Of a stretch of 64,000 nt of DNA, positions 19,034-28,146 are shown piece after piece. Source of the DNA: Macrostomum lignano (lineage: Eukaryota); the NCBI GenBank assembly GCA_002269645.1, contig NIVC01001794.1:172790-236789 (forward strand), read 5' to 3'. The position numbers and the translations under genes are program-made. The notes under the pieces are model-generated. The model searched no databases, was not told the origin of the DNA, and saw nothing but the letters and a program-made list of their open reading frames with translations. Within the stretch, counting starts at the first letter, position 1. Every line of letters begins with the position of its first letter.

Positions 19034-22000
19034 TCAGCTGTAAGTCAGTCGCTCAGGTGCAGCGCACTTCCTCATCGAACGGCGAAGCTGCGGTATGGCG
19101 TCAGGCTCCGCCGCAGCCTCAGTAGCAACGCCGTCAGCAAAAACTTCGGATGCGCCCTTCGGCACCGCATCGCACTGCGGCACCGCTGCCGCTGGTACCG
19201 CTGGCTCGGTCGGAAGCTGACTGACCGCGGCCGGCTTGCGCACCTGGTCCACGTGCCTGTGTGCGTCTCTGCCGTCATCGAACCGGCACGTGAAGTCGGC
19301 CGCACCAGAACTGTCCGTGACTGTCGCCGGTCTCCAGCGTCCGTCTCTCGCGAAGTCTCGCGCCAGCACCGAGTCGCCGACATTAATGCGGCGGTCGTGC
19401 GCGTGGGCATCGTGCTGCTCCTTCTGCAGTGCCTGCTGGACGGCCACCCGGGCGGGCAGGTCAGGGCGGACTCGGTCGAGCAACGATTTCAGCCTCCGCC
19501 CCATCAGCAGCTCGCAGGGAGCCGTCCCGGTAGTCGCATGCGGCGTGACTCGGTACGTCAGGAGGAACCGGGAGACTCGCTCCTCCAGAGAGCCGCTTTG
19601 CTGCTTGGCCAGCGCACGCTTCAGAATCTGAACTGCTCGCTCTGCTTGGCCGTTGGACGCCGGGTGGTACGGAGCCGTGCGCACGTGCCGGATGCCGTTC
19701 TTGCTCAGGAATGTCTCCATCTCCGCGCTGACCAAGTTCGGACCGTTGTCGGAGACGATCACGTCCGGCAGACCGTGAGTTGCAAAGCTCGACCGCAGGT
19801 TCTCGATAGTCGCAGTCGACGACGTCGAAGGCATCACATGCACGTCCATCCACTTGGAGTGAGCGTCCACGACAACCAGCAACATCCGGCCCTGGACTGG
19901 CCCGGCGTAGTCAATGTGCAGGCGCGACCACGGCTTGTCCGGCCACGCCCACGGCTGCAGTGGAAACGGACCTGGCGACTTCTGCATCTCCTGGCACTCG
20001 GTGCACGCGGCGACCAGCCGCTCGATCGCCTCGTCCAGCTTGGGCCACCAGAAAACGCTTCGAGCCAGCGCCTTCATTCTCGTGGCGCCCTGGTGCCCCT
20101 GGTGCAGGCAGTGCAGCAGCGCCTCTCGACCGGCCTCGGGAACTACGACTCGGCAGCCCCAGAGCAGACAGCCGTCTTGGGTGCTCAGCTGGTCGGCTCG
20201 CGTGCAGTACGGCTGCAGCTCAGGCGGCGGCCGCTCTGGCCAGCAGCCGGTCTCAGTGAAACGCAGAACTCGGGACAAGTCCGGGTCTGTCCGAGTCCAC
20301 GTCCGGATGTGCCGAGCCGTCACCGGTCCCTCGTCCAGGAAGTCCATGAGTAGGACGACTTCAGCTGGAGTTGGCGCTTCCTTCGGCTTCTCCGGCAGCG
20401 GCAGCCGACTCAGCGCATCGGCTCGAAGCAGCGACTTGCCCGCTCGGTGGACCATGGAGTACTGGTAGCCGGCCAGGAGCAGCGCCCACCGCTGGATTCT
20501 GCCAGAAGCCAGTGCTGGTATCGGCTTGGACTGGGGCAGCAGACCGAGCAGCGGCTTGTGGTCGCTCACCAGCTTGAAGTCTCGCCCGAACAGGTACATG
20601 TGAAATTTTTTAACTCCGTAAATGACCGCGAGCGCCTCCTTCTTGAGCTGGGAGTATCGGGTCTCTGCTTCATGTAGCGTGCGAGAGGCGAAGGCGATCG
20701 GCCTATCGACTCCGTCGATTCGGTGGCTGATGACGGCGCCGATGCCATAAGGCGAGGCGTCGCACTCGAGCACCAGCGGCTTCTGACGGTCGAAATGCGC
20801 AAGCACCGGTGCCTGGCTGAGTAGCGACTTGCACCTGCGAAACGCCTCGTCCTGCACAGCGTCCCATCGCCAGGGGGCGCCCTTGTTCAGCAGCTGGTTC
20901 AGCGGCGCCAGTTCGGTTGACAGATTGGGCATGAACTTGCCGTAATAATTTACCAGCCCGAGGAAGCTGCGCAGCTGCGTCTGGTCGCGGGGCGGTGGCG
21001 CGTCCTGGATCGCCCGCACCTTGTCCTGGAGAGGGTGCAGCCCTTCGGCGTCGATTCGGTGCCCAAGGTAGCTGATGCTCTGCTGCATAAAGCTGCACTT
21101 ACTCAGGCCGCACCGGAGGCCGCTCTGCTGCAGTCGCCGAAGGACCTGCTCCAGCGTCTTCAGGTGGCTGTCATCATCCACGCCGGTAACCAGCAGGTCG
21201 TCAACAAAGCAGGTGACGTGGGGAATGCCCTGCAGGAGGCAGTCCATCTGGCGCTGGAAAATGCCGACAGCGGGAGCAACTCCGAACGGCAGTCTCGTGT
21301 ACCGCAGCAGCCCCTTGCTGGTGTTGATGGTGCAGAGTTCTTGCGAGGCTTCGTCCAGAGGTAGTTGCGAGTACGCTTGCGACAAGTCAAGCTTAGTGAA
21401 TTTCTTTCCGCCGGCCAGTTTCGCGAAGAGCTCCTCGATTCTCGGCACCGGGTACGTGTCGGGCTCGACGTCGAGGTTCACCGTTTGTTTAAAATCAGCG
21501 CATATGCGGACCGAGCCATCTGTCTTTAAAACGGGTACGATCGGAGACGCGTAGTCCGAGCTGCTCACCGGCTTCAGCACTCCCTGTTCGATCTCTTTTT
21601 CGAGTTGCGCCTCGACCTTCTCCTTCAGCGCAAGCGGGACGTTCCTGGCTTTGAAAAACCTCGGCCGCGCTGAGGCTTTCAGCTGCAGCCGAACCGCGGG
21701 CCCCGTGTACCGACCAAGGCCCGGCTCGAAGACTTCGGCGTACTTGTCCAGCAGGCTCTTGAGTCCTGGTTGCCCTGACGGATGCTGTTGCACCTGCTTG
21801 ATGTCTCGCCAGTCCAGCGGAAGTTCGGCCAGCCAGTCGCGGCCAACCAGATTCGAGCCGGCACCATCGATCACGAGCAGCGGCAGCACCTTGCTGGCGA
21901 TCTCGGTCTGCGCGCGAACTCGAAGTTGGCCGAGAACGGGCACCAGCTCTCCGGAGTACTTCCGCAGCTGCGTGTTGACTCTCTCGAGTCTGGGACGCCC

Positions 22001-22978
22001 TCGTAGTACTTCGTTGTAGGTCTTCGCAGAGATGAGTGACACAGACGCCCCAGTATCGACCTCCATGCAGACTGGCGTGCCGTCGATGTCGATGGTGGTC
22101 TTAATTGGCGGAATCTTGCCGCCTACGGCGGCGGCCATCACGTGCAGCGAGAAAGCCTCCTCATCTGCCTCCTCCGCCTGCAGCTCTTGGACGGTCGAGT
22201 CGATGCGACGATTAGAAGCTCGCTGCGGCCCCGCCGATCTCTCGTCCCGCTGAGCAGGCGGCGCTGCCTTGCACGCAGCAGCGATGTGACCGGTTTTCGA
22301 GCATGCGTAGCACTTACTATTGATGAACGGGAACTTTGCAGCCAGGTGGCGCTGGGACAGGCATCGATAGCAATGCTTCGCTGGCGGCCCGCTGGCCGCC
22401 TCCCGCCGGGCAGAATGGTGAAGAGCGTGCACCATGTCAGAGCCGGCACCTTTAGCCACCAGCAGGTTGCCTTGAGCGGCCGACTCGTGGGCCTGCGCCA
22501 GCGACAGCGCCGTGTCCAGTGAGAGCTCCTTCTCTGTGAAGAGCCTCCGCTGAATGGAATCATCACTGATCCCCAGGACCAGTCGGTCCCTGAGCATGCT
22601 GCTGAGGCCAACGCCGAAATTACAGTCCCGAGCTACTGGTAGCTTACGCAGCTCAGCCAGGAACTCTGCCACCGACTCGCCTGCCTGACGGCTTCTGCTG
22701 TAGAACCTGAATCGCCGTACAATCTCTGGTGGGGTTGGATCAAAATGCTCCTTTAGCTTAGCACAGATGGCGTCGTAGGTCGTGTCCTTCGGCAGAGCCG
22801 GTGACAGCAGGTTTGATATCAGCTGGTAGGTGTCCCTGCCACAGATGCTCAGCAGCACGGCTCGTCTCTTTTCATTGCTGATTTCATTTGCTGTGAAAAA
22901 CTGTTCTAAGCGCTCCTGGTACTGCTGCCAGGTCTCAGTGCCCTCTTCAAAGGGTCCTATTGAGCCTATAAGACTCAT
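19034..22978 (-). CDS. Gag-Pol polyprotein (Gag, CCHC knuckles, protease, RT, RNase H, integrase)
   Basis: Uninterrupted ORF from MSLIGSIGPF. Knuckles CYRC..H and CYACSKTGHIAAAC; protease VDTGASVS; RT FVDD; RNase H LECDASPYGIGAV; integrase HQGHQG...C..C, HIDYAGP, SDNG, SNGQAERAV. Order RT-RH-IN indicates Gypsy. Confidence 0.97.
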   Translation of the reverse strand: MSLIGSIGPFEEGTETWQQYQERLEQFFTANEISNEKRRAVLLSICGRDTYQLISNLLSPALPKDTTYDAICAKLKEHFDPTPPEIVRRFRFYSRSRQAGESVAEFLAELRKLPVARDCNFGVGLSSMLRDRLVLGISDDSIQRRLFTEKELSLDTALSLAQAHESAAQGNLLVAKGAGSDMVHALHHSARREAASGPPAKHCYRCLSQRHLAAKFPFINSKCYACSKTGHIAAACKAAPPAQRDERSAGPQRASNRRIDSTVQELQAEEADEEAFSLHVMAAAVGGKIPPIKTTIDIDGTPVCMEVDTGASVSLISAKTYNEVLRGRPRLERVNTQLRKYSGELVPVLGQLRVRAQTEIASKVLPLLVIDGAGSNLVGRDWLAELPLDWRDIKQVQQHPSGQPGLKSLLDKYAEVFEPGLGRYTGPAVRLQLKASARPRFFKARNVPLALKEKVEAQLEKEIEQGVLKPVSSSDYASPIVPVLKTDGSVRICADFKQTVNLDVEPDTYPVPRIEELFAKLAGGKKFTKLDLSQAYSQLPLDEASQELCTINTSKGLLRYTRLPFGVAPAVGIFQRQMDCLLQGIPHVTCFVDDLLVTGVDDDSHLKTLEQVLRRLQQSGLRCGLSKCSFMQQSISYLGHRIDAEGLHPLQDKVRAIQDAPPPRDQTQLRSFLGLVNYYGKFMPNLSTELAPLNQLLNKGAPWRWDAVQDEAFRRCKSLLSQAPVLAHFDRQKPLVLECDASPYGIGAVISHRIDGVDRPIAFASRTLHEAETRYSQLKKEALAVIYGVKKFHMYLFGRDFKLVSDHKPLLGLLPQSKPIPALASGRIQRWALLLAGYQYSMVHRAGKSLLRADALSRLPLPEKPKEAPTPAEVVLLMDFLDEGPVTARHIRTWTRTDPDLSRVLRFTETGCWPERPPPELQPYCTRADQLSTQDGCLLWGCRVVVPEAGREALLHCLHQGHQGATRMKALARSVFWWPKLDEAIERLVAACTECQEMQKSPGPFPLQPWAWPDKPWSRLHIDYAGPVQGRMLLVVVDAHSKWMDVHVMPSTSSTATIENLRSSFATHGLPDVIVSDNGPNLVSAEMETFLSKNGIRHVRTAPYHPASNGQAERAVQILKRALAKQQSGSLEERVSRFLLTYRVTPHATTGTAPCELLMGRRLKSLLDRVRPDLPARVAVQQALQKEQHDAHAHDRRINVGDSVLARDFARDGRWRPATVTDSSGAADFTCRFDDGRDAHRHVDQVRKPAAVSQLPTEPAVPAAAVPQCDAVPKGASEVFADGVATEAAAEPDAIPQLRRSMRKCAAPERLTYS

Positions 22979-22990
22979 TCCTCGTCGCCA
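22979..22990 (-). other. primer binding site, complementary to the tRNA-Ser(GCU) 3' end
   Basis: TGGCGACGAGGA directly after the 5' LTR and abutting the gag ATG; metazoan tRNA-Ser(GCU) ends ...CCTCGTCGCCA (from memory). Confidence 0.85.
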
Positions 22991-22991
22991 C

Positions 22992-23215
22992 TTTAGCAGA
23001 GTCAACTATTGCAATATTTGGCGGACGATAACAAAAACACGAGGGCTCAAAAGCCAGAATCAGTCGATATATATATTTTAATATTAGGCACGCACAAAGT
23101 ACGTGCGTACATTACAATCGATAAATTAAAAGGCAACTTGAGCGTGCCCCCAACCCCCCCAGCGCAGGCCAACCCCAAAACCGCAAATGCAAACTCTCAA
23201 TATCAACTCATCACA
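22992..23215 (-). repeat. 5' LTR
   Basis: Starts TGTGATGA on the element strand and is followed by the PBS. Confidence 0.97.
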
Positions 23216-23324
23216 ATACATGTATCATTAGGTTTAAGTTTAAGTTTTAGGATTAGGATTAGGATTAGGAAAAGTTTTTAGGATTAAGTTTAAAAAATTG
23301 CTTTTTAATACACCGACGAGCTAA

Positions 23325-24080
23325 TTTCAAGCATGGAGGATATTGTGAGCATGGAGTTCCTCCCGAGAGATGTTCTGAGCATGGAGTTCCTTCTGAGAGG
23401 TGTTCTGAGCATGGAGTTCCTTCTGAGAGGTGTTCTGAGCATGGAGTTCCTTCTGAGAGATGTTCTAAGCATTGAGTTCCTTCTGAGAGATTTTCTGAGC
23501 ATGGAGTTCCTTCTGAGAGATTTTCTGAGCATGGAGTTCCTTCTGAGAGATTTTCTGAGCATGGAGTTTCTCCCGAGGGATGTTCTGAGCATGGAGTTCC
23601 TTCTGAGAGATGTTCTGAGCATGGAGTTTCTCCCGAGGGATGTTCTGAGCATGGAGTTCCTTCTGAGAGATGTTCTGAGCATGGAGTTTCTCCCGAGGGA
23701 TGTTCTGAGCATGGAGTTTCTCCCGAGGGATGTTCTGAGCATGGAGTTTCTCCCGAGGGATGTTCTGAGCATGGAGTTTCTCCCGAGGGATGTTCTGAGC
23801 ATGGAGTTTCTCCCGAGGGATGTTCTGAGCATGGAGTTTCTCCCGAGGGATGTTCTGAGCATGGAGTTTCTCCCGAGGGATGTTCTGAGCATGGAGTTTC
23901 TCCCGAGGGATGTTCTGAGCATGGAGTTTCTCCCGAGGGATGTTCTGAGCATGGAGTTTCTCCCGAGGGATGTTCTGAGCATGGAGTTTCTCCCGAGGGA
24001 TGTTCTGAGCATGGAGTTTCTCCCGAGGGATGTTCTGAGCATGGAGTTTCTCCCGAGGGATGTTCTGAGCATGGAGTTCC
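23325..24080. repeat. 30-bp minisatellite (TGTTCTGAGCATGGAGTTTCTCCCGAGGGA), about 25 copies
   Basis: Direct tandem array, preceded by degenerate TTAGG(A) repeats at ~23229-23290. Confidence 0.98.
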
Positions 24081-24374
24081 TAGCATTTTTGTTTTTCAAT
24101 CAAAACAGCTAAATGAGCCTACGCACGTATAAATGCAACCAACTTCCAAACTGCCATTTACAAATTGCAGGCGAGCCATTTCCTGTTTGAAAATATGGCT
24201 GTAATAATGAGATTTCTTAATTTATTATTTCGCAATAAATTGAAACAAGTCTGTTTTAGATTCCAAGTTATTCCATTCTGTCTGACCATTAGTACTTTTT
24301 AATACGGAAAATTTTAGTGCAATGCTTCATTTTCCGTAGATTAAACTGCATTGATGCCTGCAGACAGAAACTAC

Positions 24375-26178
24375 TTAGAGGAGGCTCCTGCTGCTGCTGC
24401 AGTTGCAGGGAGCGGAGGTCTGAGCCGATGAGGCCATCTGTCTGGTCTGAATTATCAGGACAAAGTAGGTCATGAACAGGCTGGCCATCTGCAAAGTAAG
24501 ACCTGGCGATAGCATACTTGCAGTCCTTAGAAATCGGAACAAACAATTTCATCGGTAAATACTTACGCTGACGAGTAGAGAATAGTCAATGACGAAGAAA
24601 TTCGAGCACGTGAGACCGCACTCATTGTTCGATACGGCATGGAGGAATATCATAATCTGTAAATCAGAGGTGATCTAATAAAGCAATCGACCGACTAACA
24701 TTGCAATAGCAGTTTATTTGGAAAGTTCTAGACACAAGGAAAACAGTCTTCATGGACAGAGAGTCGGGAAAGGTACAGGGGCTCTATATACAGAGCAGAA
24801 GGGAGGGGCGCTGAGGAGTGAGAGCTGGCAAAAAGGGCTGACCAATCAGAGGGGGCGCTGAGGGGTGAGAGCTGGCAAAAAGGGCTGACCAATCAGGAGG
24901 GGCACTGAGGAGTGAGAGCTGGCAGAAAGGGCTGACCAAACAGGGGGGACCGAACGGTGGTTAGAAAAGGACAGCATTCAATCTCATCCATGACATTCCT
25001 ATTATTGCCCATGAACTCACCTCTTTATCATTCTTCGATGTTATTTCCAGCCGATGCAGAATTTCTAGCGGCTTCTTTGCCTGAGGAGAAAAATGCCTGA
25101 TAAAAGAGTGAACATTCCAGGGCTAAATAGACTATGGCGAGTAATGCCGCTGTTCACTTACCAAATTAAGGATGTGGCCACACACGAATACTACCATGCC
25201 TAGGATGAAAAGGCCCGCAACAAACCAGAACATCATGACAACTGCAGCGAGAAGGGACATGGTATTGAAGTCGAGAAGTGCATTCAGAATTAACATCACG
25301 GCGAACAGGACAAATATCAGCGTAATCCCGACGTAGTGCCTGAGCAGCGAGTCCAACCGGCTCACAACCTCCGTAATTTTCAGGTAGTACAGTCGGTACG
25401 CGGCGGCGCAGTCCGCGCTCAGTCCCGAGGACTCTTCGACCTGACTACTCAGCCCTGAGCAGAACCCGGAAAGCAAGTACGCTACGAGAAGACCAAACAC
25501 AACAAAGACGAAGAATCCGAAAATCCACAGAAATGTTTTGAAAATCCAGTAGAGCGCGACCACCACCTGCCAAGCGACTAGAAACCACGGCGCAGAGGTG
25601 ATGGGTGGCAGCGGCTCGGAGCTGCTCCAGCTTCCCACTGCGCTGATTCGGACGCTGAACTTGTAGGGCGGATCGTCCGGGTTTGTCATCACCAGGACGA
25701 TGCACATCGCTCCGTTGCCGACGCAAACCAGAGACACGATGGGGAAGAGACGTCTGAACAGTCGTCGGAATCGACCGAGTCGAGCTCGCAGCGCTCTGGC
25801 AAGAGTTGGTCGACCGGCGCTGCTGATGACAATGTTGTCAATGTCTCGGAGGAAGCTGCTGATCTTCCCGGTGCTTCCCAGAATCAGGTAGGCCGAGTTG
25901 ATGAAGCCGCTGTACAGAAAAAACAAGGCCGATAAGATGAGGAGAGTCGACTCGGCATTCAGATTGACCGGCACCTTCAGAAACAACGGCATGATCACGA
26001 GGCCTTCCATGTAGATTGAAAAATTAATTAGAACAGCCACAGATAGCCAGATAAAGCGTTGCTTTTTGGGAGCTTGAAACCTGGAAAACTCGAATACACT
26101 TAGAGTCCGTTGGGCTGAAACAGTGTGGAACTCGAATTCCTCTGCATCAGCTGGTGCAACTTGAATTTGTTGAGACAT
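24375..26178 (-). CDS. gustatory-receptor-like (Gr/GRL, 7TM ion-channel superfamily) protein, ~426 aa
   Basis: Long hydrophobic exon 26178-25162, then three exons joined by phase-0 introns: 25080-25021 (AKKPLEILHRLEITSKNDKE), 24656-24567 (IMIFLHAVSNNECGLTCSNFFVIDYSLLVS) and 24488-24375 (MASLFMTYFVLIIQT...). The GLTxxxFFxID and TYxxxxxQ signatures and the 3' phase-0 introns are Gr hallmarks. Confidence 0.85.
24804..24945. repeat. ~46-bp repeat, three copies, in a GRL intron
   Basis: GGGGCGCTGAGGAGTGAGAGCTGGCAAAAAGGGCTGACCAATCA repeated three times; the first two copies have CCAATCA, the third CCAAAC. Confidence 0.85.
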
Positions 26179-28021
26179 TGTAGCTGTGATACTTGTAGTT
26201 TCTATAGTTCTTGTAGTGCTTTCCTTCAAATTCCATGTGGTTACTGGAAGGTTTGGTAGGTAGTGTTCAATATATACGATCCACGTCCTCACCCAGAATT
26301 CCTCTGATTTGCTAGCGCTAATCTTCACTTCATGCTGTTTGAAGCTGATTTCATTGGTGAGGAACTGTTTCCATGACATCAATTTCTGTTTGCGAGGAAG
26401 TTTTTCTAGTGGATTGAATTCATTAATCGCCCGGAAGCACTTTATTATTGTTTCGCTAATCCATCAACTTCCTTTTGGTTCTACAGAGCTGCATGCACTG
26501 TAATCAAAGAATTATGTTCTGTTCTCCGTCCCTTTACTCTAATGTCGGAAGAATAAAATACTTCAGAGCATTGTTTGCGCTGACACGCGGCAGCTTCATA
26601 GCAATGGAGGACGACTCTTAGAAATTTCGTAATTCATTTTGTTGTATCTTTCAGTATAGCCGAATGCAATGCAATCATCAATACTGTATCGACATATGAG
26701 ACAATCGTGCGTAGACATCGATAATCAAATCAAGTTAATAAAGGGGATCCCTCAGAAAGAGCGCTTTGCTCTCCGCTATGCCTGTTTGTCTGTCCGTCGG
26801 TCTGAAGGTCGCGTATGTGCGGAGAGCAGACATATATTATACATGTAAAATGTATGCTCCAATGACCACTTGCAGTAAAACAGGACGTAAAACTAAAAGA
26901 TGGTGTAATTTTTGGAGGCAAATTTCCTGGACAGAATACACTGCGGAGATAGGAAAAGTTTTTTTTTCATCGCAAAATCAATGAATCTTGCATTTGATCC
27001 AGGACAGTGAATTGTTTACCATTATTTTAATTTAGCACACACAGCTTGCTGTTGTATTTTATGTTGTATTTAATTGTTTATACAGTGAACTTGTTTCATT
27101 TTCATACTTTTATTTTATTTTATATAAAACGCAAAGTTGTTAATTACTACTAACAAGTGGCATCAGGTGAACTTTTTGTTTTGTTCCTTTAATATATTCA
27201 AGTCAAGTCAAATCAAGGCTAGGGGCCTGCCCAATTATGCCAATTGTGAGCATTTACAAATTTTGGGCTTAAAAGTAATAAGGAATGAAAGTTTTACTGC
27301 ACAACTATATAAAATAAAGTACGTACAACAGAGTAACATGTTCTGCATGCTATAATTAAAAGACTGCATGGTAATCTTCGATATTTTTGAGATGAGGCTG
27401 TTTTCCCATCTCCTTAGAGTATTTTTCAGGAAATTGGCCTCCAAAAATGCACGATCTTTGAGTATACATACATGTACGTCCTGGTTGTCCTATAGTGGTT
27501 CTTGGTATATTCGTGAAGAAACGATAGAAAACTATGTACAACCTTATTAGTTAGAAAACAGCCGAAACAACCATAAGTGCTAGTTATGCACCGTCTGCAA
27601 ACACACTTGGACATCCAACTGTCATCCGGTTTTGGTTAAGCATTGTTTATAGTAGCTCAAGTCATATAATGTACGTATACGTACGTGTACCAGATCTTAA
27701 CAATCGAGCTACCGTTTACTTTTTTATAAAGTTAAAATCCTCTCCCCCGCTTGGTGTTGCAAGTAACGACCTATCTTTTAACTAATTGCAAAAAAAAATA
27801 CCAGGACCACTGCATATAGCAGAACGTAAAACTCATAATGCAGTAAAGTAAGTCCTTGAACAAAGTTATCTGGCAGTGTTGAGTTAACTGCATCGTCTTT
27901 TTTAACCGGCAATGTGTAAAGACAAACAAAGTTGTTTTCCTAAAATTTTCAGAAGTTTAGGTATATAAAATAACTACATCTTTTAGTTGTAAAGTGTATT
28001 TTTTTATACTAAAACTTGAAA

Positions 28022-28061
28022 GTAAACAATTTTTGTGATCTATTTGACGTTGCATAGCAAT
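28022..28061 (+). promoter_or_regulatory. forkhead site plus X-box upstream of IQCA1
   Basis: GTAAACA (28022-28028) and GTTGCATAGCAAT (28049-28061), about 90 bp above the ATG at 28147. Confidence 0.55.
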
Positions 28062-28146
28062 ATTGCTGTGCACAGCTTAGATTTCAAAGAAATCAGAACA
28101 TTTTTTGACGAATTAAGGCCATCGTCCATCGACAGTATTTGCGTCG

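Larger units (their letters stand above)
18685..23215 (-). mobile_element. full-length Ty3/Gypsy LTR retrotransposon (Mag/K02A2.6-like)
   Basis: Direct LTRs at 18685-18907 and 22992-23215, differing by 3 substitutions and 1 indel on manual comparison. TSD ATACA (18680-18684 and 23216-23220), PBS next to the 5' LTR, purine tract next to the 3' LTR, single gag-pol ORF. Confidence 0.98.

Noticed and set aside
19072-22611. Many alternative-frame and antisense ORFs up to 366 aa inside the Gypsy element
   Set aside because: Expected shadows of a GC-rich long ORF; no recognisable domains, and no env or chromodomain.
23229-23290. Telomere-like TTAGG(A) runs, and (TTAGGG)2 at 60822-60833
   Set aside because: Too short and degenerate to call interstitial telomeres.
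26179-26382. First 68 codons of the 416-aa ORF, and its read-through end VSEQRHYSP
   Set aside because: The upstream part is AT-rich and not Gr-like, so the ATG at 26178 fits better. The end is an intron starting GTAAGT at 25161.
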